From NCBI GenBank assembly GCA_001687465.1, contig LVLI01000218.1:1-64000 (forward strand): DNA of 64,000 nucleotides, given 5' to 3'. Of the stretch, positions 60,029 to 64,000 are shown in pieces. The DNA is from Halocafeteria seosinensis. Taxonomy: Eukaryota. Position 1 is the first letter of the stretch; the number at the start of each line of letters is the position of its first letter. The notes below the pieces were generated by a model. It was not told where the DNA came from. It did no database searches and saw nothing but the letters and a program-made list of their open reading frames with translations. The position numbers and the translations under genes are program-made.

Positions 60029-63000
60029 CTATTGTTGACCGCATCCCACCACATTGAGGCTCTGGTCTTCGCCGGAATGACTGAACAGCTGACCCAGAAG
60101 GGCCCCCGCAAAGCCAAACGACGGCATCCCTACATTATTCTCTGCATTCTGTTTTTCAATCTCTTTCATGTGTTTCATGTCAATTTCGATGTGTTTTCCT
60201 TCCTCTCGGGCAGGTACCCTTGTCCCTCTCGCAGCGGAGGGAAATTTCGGTGAACGTCCCCACAGGCGAATCTTGTCTTCTATGCCGCCAGACGCCAGCA
60301 GCGGTAACGAAGGATTCGGAGCGATACAATTAACGACTGTAAGCACCAGAAGAGCGGAACAAGCAACTCAATGTAGCGAACGCGATTTATTGACCTACGG
60401 AATAAGAATCTTACCATCAGTGTCACCTTTAATTGTTCCTATCAATAAGGCCGAAGCACGATCCCAGAAAAAGATACGTCCATCGTCACTCCCGGCTACT
60501 ATAACACCTTGCTTGCCTGGATTGAAGAAGTTAAAAACTGAACGTTTCCCGTCAGTCATCCCGGCGTCCATCAATACGTCCTCCTGGATTTCAAAGGATT
60601 CCCTGGCTACTTGTCGCAACTCCTCAATGCACTGCTCGCTCCACCATGCTACTTCTTTGATGTCAGTCTGCACATTACACGAGCCTTTATACCGACCGCC
60701 GATTCCCACTCGAGTATTGCAAAATTCTTCTCCAGGCCATTGCTGAGTAGGTACTGTGCACAATCGCCCTGGCATTTCTTTTGATTGTATACTTCCTTGA
60801 GAGCTACTTTGTCGGCCTAGCCCCGCCAACCCATAGAGGCACTGCCGCCGTTCTTCTGTACTAGTACGTGAATAGTTTTCATCACCAAGTGCGTGGTCCT
60901 CTGTATCTACAGTTGAGGGGGCCACACAGTGCGCACTGTTTCCTTGGGGAATAACACGCTCTTCAACCTCATGAGCCGTTGTGGATGCCTCACAATCGTG
61001 TGAATGCTGCGAGGTGACTACCTCCGATACAGAAGGAACCGATGCGGAGATCGACGCACTGGTTGAAGACACACCAGAGGACATAGTGCTGGAGGACGAG
61101 TACGACGCTTCCGTAGAAGATGAGGTTTGCGAAGAAGAACCGCGCCGAGAGTCTCCCCGAGACTCTTGCTCCCTCCTTTTCTTCTCCCGCTCTCGTAGCC
61201 GTTTGCGGCCCCTTTCGAGGGCTTGGTTAGCTAGTCCACGTGAGGAAGACAACAGGTCCTGAGCAGTAGAAAGAGTGTTTGTCAAATCAGCGGCCCCTTC
61301 ATCCTTCCCGCTCCCGTCAACTTTGCTCAATAGTGATGCCACATTATCAGCATTGGTTTTGCACCATTCTATCCATTTCACGCAGAAATTTACAGCCCTC
61401 TGAGGATGTCCCATGTCCATGAGCGACAAGGCAAGACGTGCGGCCGCTTTCCAATTCAAAGGAGCGCAGGTCAGTGCAAAGCGCGACAGCAATGCTGCTT
61501 CGAATGCATCATTGGTTCTTGACGTTTTGAGTAAAGCGATCCCACGGTTGGCTGCAATGGTGGAGATACCAGGCAAGTTAGTCTTTGTGTTGTTGTGAGA
61601 CCCAGATTTAGCCACTTCCAAGCAGAGCGCGTACATTTTCTCAGCTTCCTGATATTCCGCCGAGCGGAACTTCTTATCAGCCTCTTCTTTCAATGATGAC
61701 ACCGAGGAGGAGTACGTGGCTTCAAATTTTTGTGTCAACATCGATGGAACATCGATAGAAGAGGAATAATCGTCTCCTGCCGCTTGCTTCCGCAACCACT
61801 GACTCAGTTCTGTCCACTGATGCGGGAATGTGTCCCACCAATCTTCTTCCGCTTCGCTCCACCGTTCCCTATAGGAACGTTCACATTGATTGCATCCATT
61901 GTAGTTAATATTTTCTACATCATCTTTTTCTGACCCGCGACCGTAGTAGTGTGAACCAGTCTGATAGTAATCGTCTTCAGACTGGTGAAGGTCGAAAGCG
62001 TAGATATCATCTGCGTGATAATATGCCACTAAACTTCTCCCATCTGGACTAAAGTCAACGCATGTGCAATGCTCAAGGCCTAGATGGCTGGAATAACTCT
62101 TCAGTTCCCCGTCCTCTGCAACCAACTCCGGAGTAAGATGCAGCGGGGCAAATCGTAGACAGTAACGCTCCCTATCAGAAGCGGAATAGTATGCCAATCT
62201 ATCTTCATCAAACGTATCTGAGTTAGAAAGAGACGTCGGAGGAAGCATTCTCCGGTCGTACACTCTGGCGTATGGATCTCCGCAAGCTACGGCAATGTAG
62301 TTAGGATCTGCCTGGTTGATTCGAACATACTTCGCATCAATCGCAGAGACCTCGCGCTGGCGATCCCTTCCTTGTTGGTCTTCTCTTATTTCACTACTCT
62401 CCTCGCCATTCTGATTATTTTCGATTTCACTCCTGTTTCTACGAGGACGAATACTCCTCAGGCTAATAAGCGGTTTCGCTTTGTTGTTAGACCAGTCCCT
62501 GATATCATACTGCTTAATAAGACCATCTTCACCACTAGAGAATATGAGATCAGGCTCCAGTGGTGACGTCTCCACGTTTTTCACTCTTCCCCCGTGTGAA
62601 TAAAGCAACTGGGAATCAAACTGAGAAGATTTTACTCCTCGAAACGTTTTCCTCCGCGGCCCATGGCAATCATCTAGGTGGGTTTTCTCCACACAGTGCA
62701 ATCTCACTTCCCCATCCATTGCTCCCGTTGCTATTTGACAATCATTCGTTAAGGGCATTGGCTTTACTCCAAATATATTTGCGGAATGTCCAGTTTCGAT
62801 TGTTGCTACTGGCTCCATAAAAAACATTCCTCCGTCCTCGTCAATATCTTCATCGGTGTTGGCTGGGAATTCCCAGATAATAACCCGGCAATCATCACTG
62901 CAGAGCAAACCATAATAATTATGAAAGCTGTATTCCTTTTGCTGCCTCGGTGCAGTCGACTCACCTGCCGGAAAATAGCCTGGTTCCGTCTCTATTCCAA

Positions 63001-63282
63001 GCAATTCGATTCACACAGCCCTGTATGCCCAACACAAATCTTCTCTTGACCGTGACAGCACTGAATAGGCTCACATTACGTTTTCCTCTTACATCATGTC
63101 CACTCAATGACGCCCGGTAGCCAAAACCATATAAAGTCGAATAATGGGGCTGGGAGTAATACTTCCTGACTACCTGCGTTCAGTCCGATCAAAGTTCTCG
63201 ATTCCTCGAGCTTTTATAGTAAACAAAATCAACGTACCTCAGGTTTAAGAGTTCCCAGTTCCCGGGCAAGCAATACATTCAT
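60029..63282 (-). CDS. WD40 + TPR protein, WDTC1/adipose (DCAF)-like, multi-exon
   Basis: Spliced LSGHD-GCVNRIAWNRDGTRLFSGS-DDCRVIIW; TGHSANIFGVK; DPYARVYDRRM (WDxR-like); central TPR (LKEEADKKFRSAEYQEAEKMY); YKGSCNVQTDIKE; AGSDDGRIFFWDR; VVNCIAPNP..PLLASGGIE. Probable start MNVLLARELG at 63282. Confidence 0.85.
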
Positions 63283-64000
63283 TTTTCTTTGTGGCGACGG
63301 CCCCAATCGACACCAGAAAAGAAGGATGATGTCGGTACAATCGCGTCGGTGTGTTCCACAGTCGCCCTTCTTCGTCCTTCGAACACGACTCCGCGTATAT
63401 TTTCAATAACAGAAGTGTTTTGGCAATAGCTACAAGGGTAGAAAAATGCAGACTATCCACAATGGTAGGCCTACAAATCCTCACTCCCAGCGTAGAAATG
63501 TTCATTAGATACCCTTTGAACGTGAAGTTGAAGTCTTGAAGCAAGTTGAAGGCAAATTGACAAGGCTTAGTTAGGCAATAGAAACCTGAGGACATAATGA
63601 TAATGTTCCCTGGTTTCGCCTGTATTTCCCCTCTTACGTTTTGTACGTCGCGCATTAATTGAATCATGTCTGTGGCGTTCGGATAAAGGCCCTTGACAAG
63701 GAGTGGGTCACGAGTGGTCCACAGACAAGAGGGATGATGAGCATGGATACCTCTGAAAAAGAAATGACGTAGACAGCTTGGTTACTGAGACGCACTATCG
63801 TCAATATAACACAACAGGAAATGGTGGTTAAATGATGGTTTAAAGAATGAGGATTCTAGTTGAGCATCTTGTGCCTCCCCCCAGTGTCCAGTGCCCAAAG
63901 TGCAGAGCCTCCCTGATAAAATATCGAACAGATTTCTGCAACTTACACTTGTTGGAAACGCTGGCTAATCTTCAGACGGGTGCTTCCCCGCTAGTTTTGA

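Noticed and set aside
63245..63667. 140-aa minus-strand ORF upstream of the WDTC1-like gene
   Set aside because: Not in frame with the WDTC1-like first exon and has no recognisable motif; cannot be supported as a gene.
1..64000. Alternative genetic code, stop readthrough, CRISPR array, transposase or Introner-like repeated introns
   Set aside because: Every conserved gene examined reconstructs with the standard code and ordinary stops once introns are removed. Introns share no obvious sequence similarity. No spaced direct repeats or transposase/RT motifs were seen by eye.

Overview
Gene-dense eukaryotic nuclear DNA with about 21 protein-coding genes. Introns are mostly 50-110 nt GT-AG, and convergent genes sit very close together. 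The source is probably a unicellular, flagellated protist; a stramenopile-like lineage is plausible but cannot be proven from this window. Most genes are recognisable housekeeping or ciliary genes: SSRP1/Pob3, condensin CAP-H, proteasome alpha-3, CCDC33-like, a cNMP-binding protein, a DDT-WHIM protein, XAP5/FAM50, DNAAF5-like, SERRATE/ARS2, organellar LeuRS, MMAA, sphingosine kinase, TMEM19, a PIG3-type quinone oxidoreductase, NDUFAF5, an SMS/IPCS-family synthase, a WW protein, CDC50 and WDTC1-like. Two genes stand out. One is a 5'-truncated giant surface protein with ~305-aa repeats resembling bacterial DUF11/fimbrial Ig-like units, followed by EGF, TSP1, ~9-10 TM helices and an acidic tail. 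The other is an intronless, bacterial-like sarcosine/dimethylglycine methyltransferase. Smaller oddities include an HMG-less SSRP1, a probable signal-peptide exon on the PIG3 homologue, an ATG-only first exon followed by a long structured intron, and overlapping convergent CDS ends. I found no tRNA, rRNA, CRISPR array or intact mobile element. Family calls come from motif recognition by eye, not database searches, and exon boundaries were read manually.
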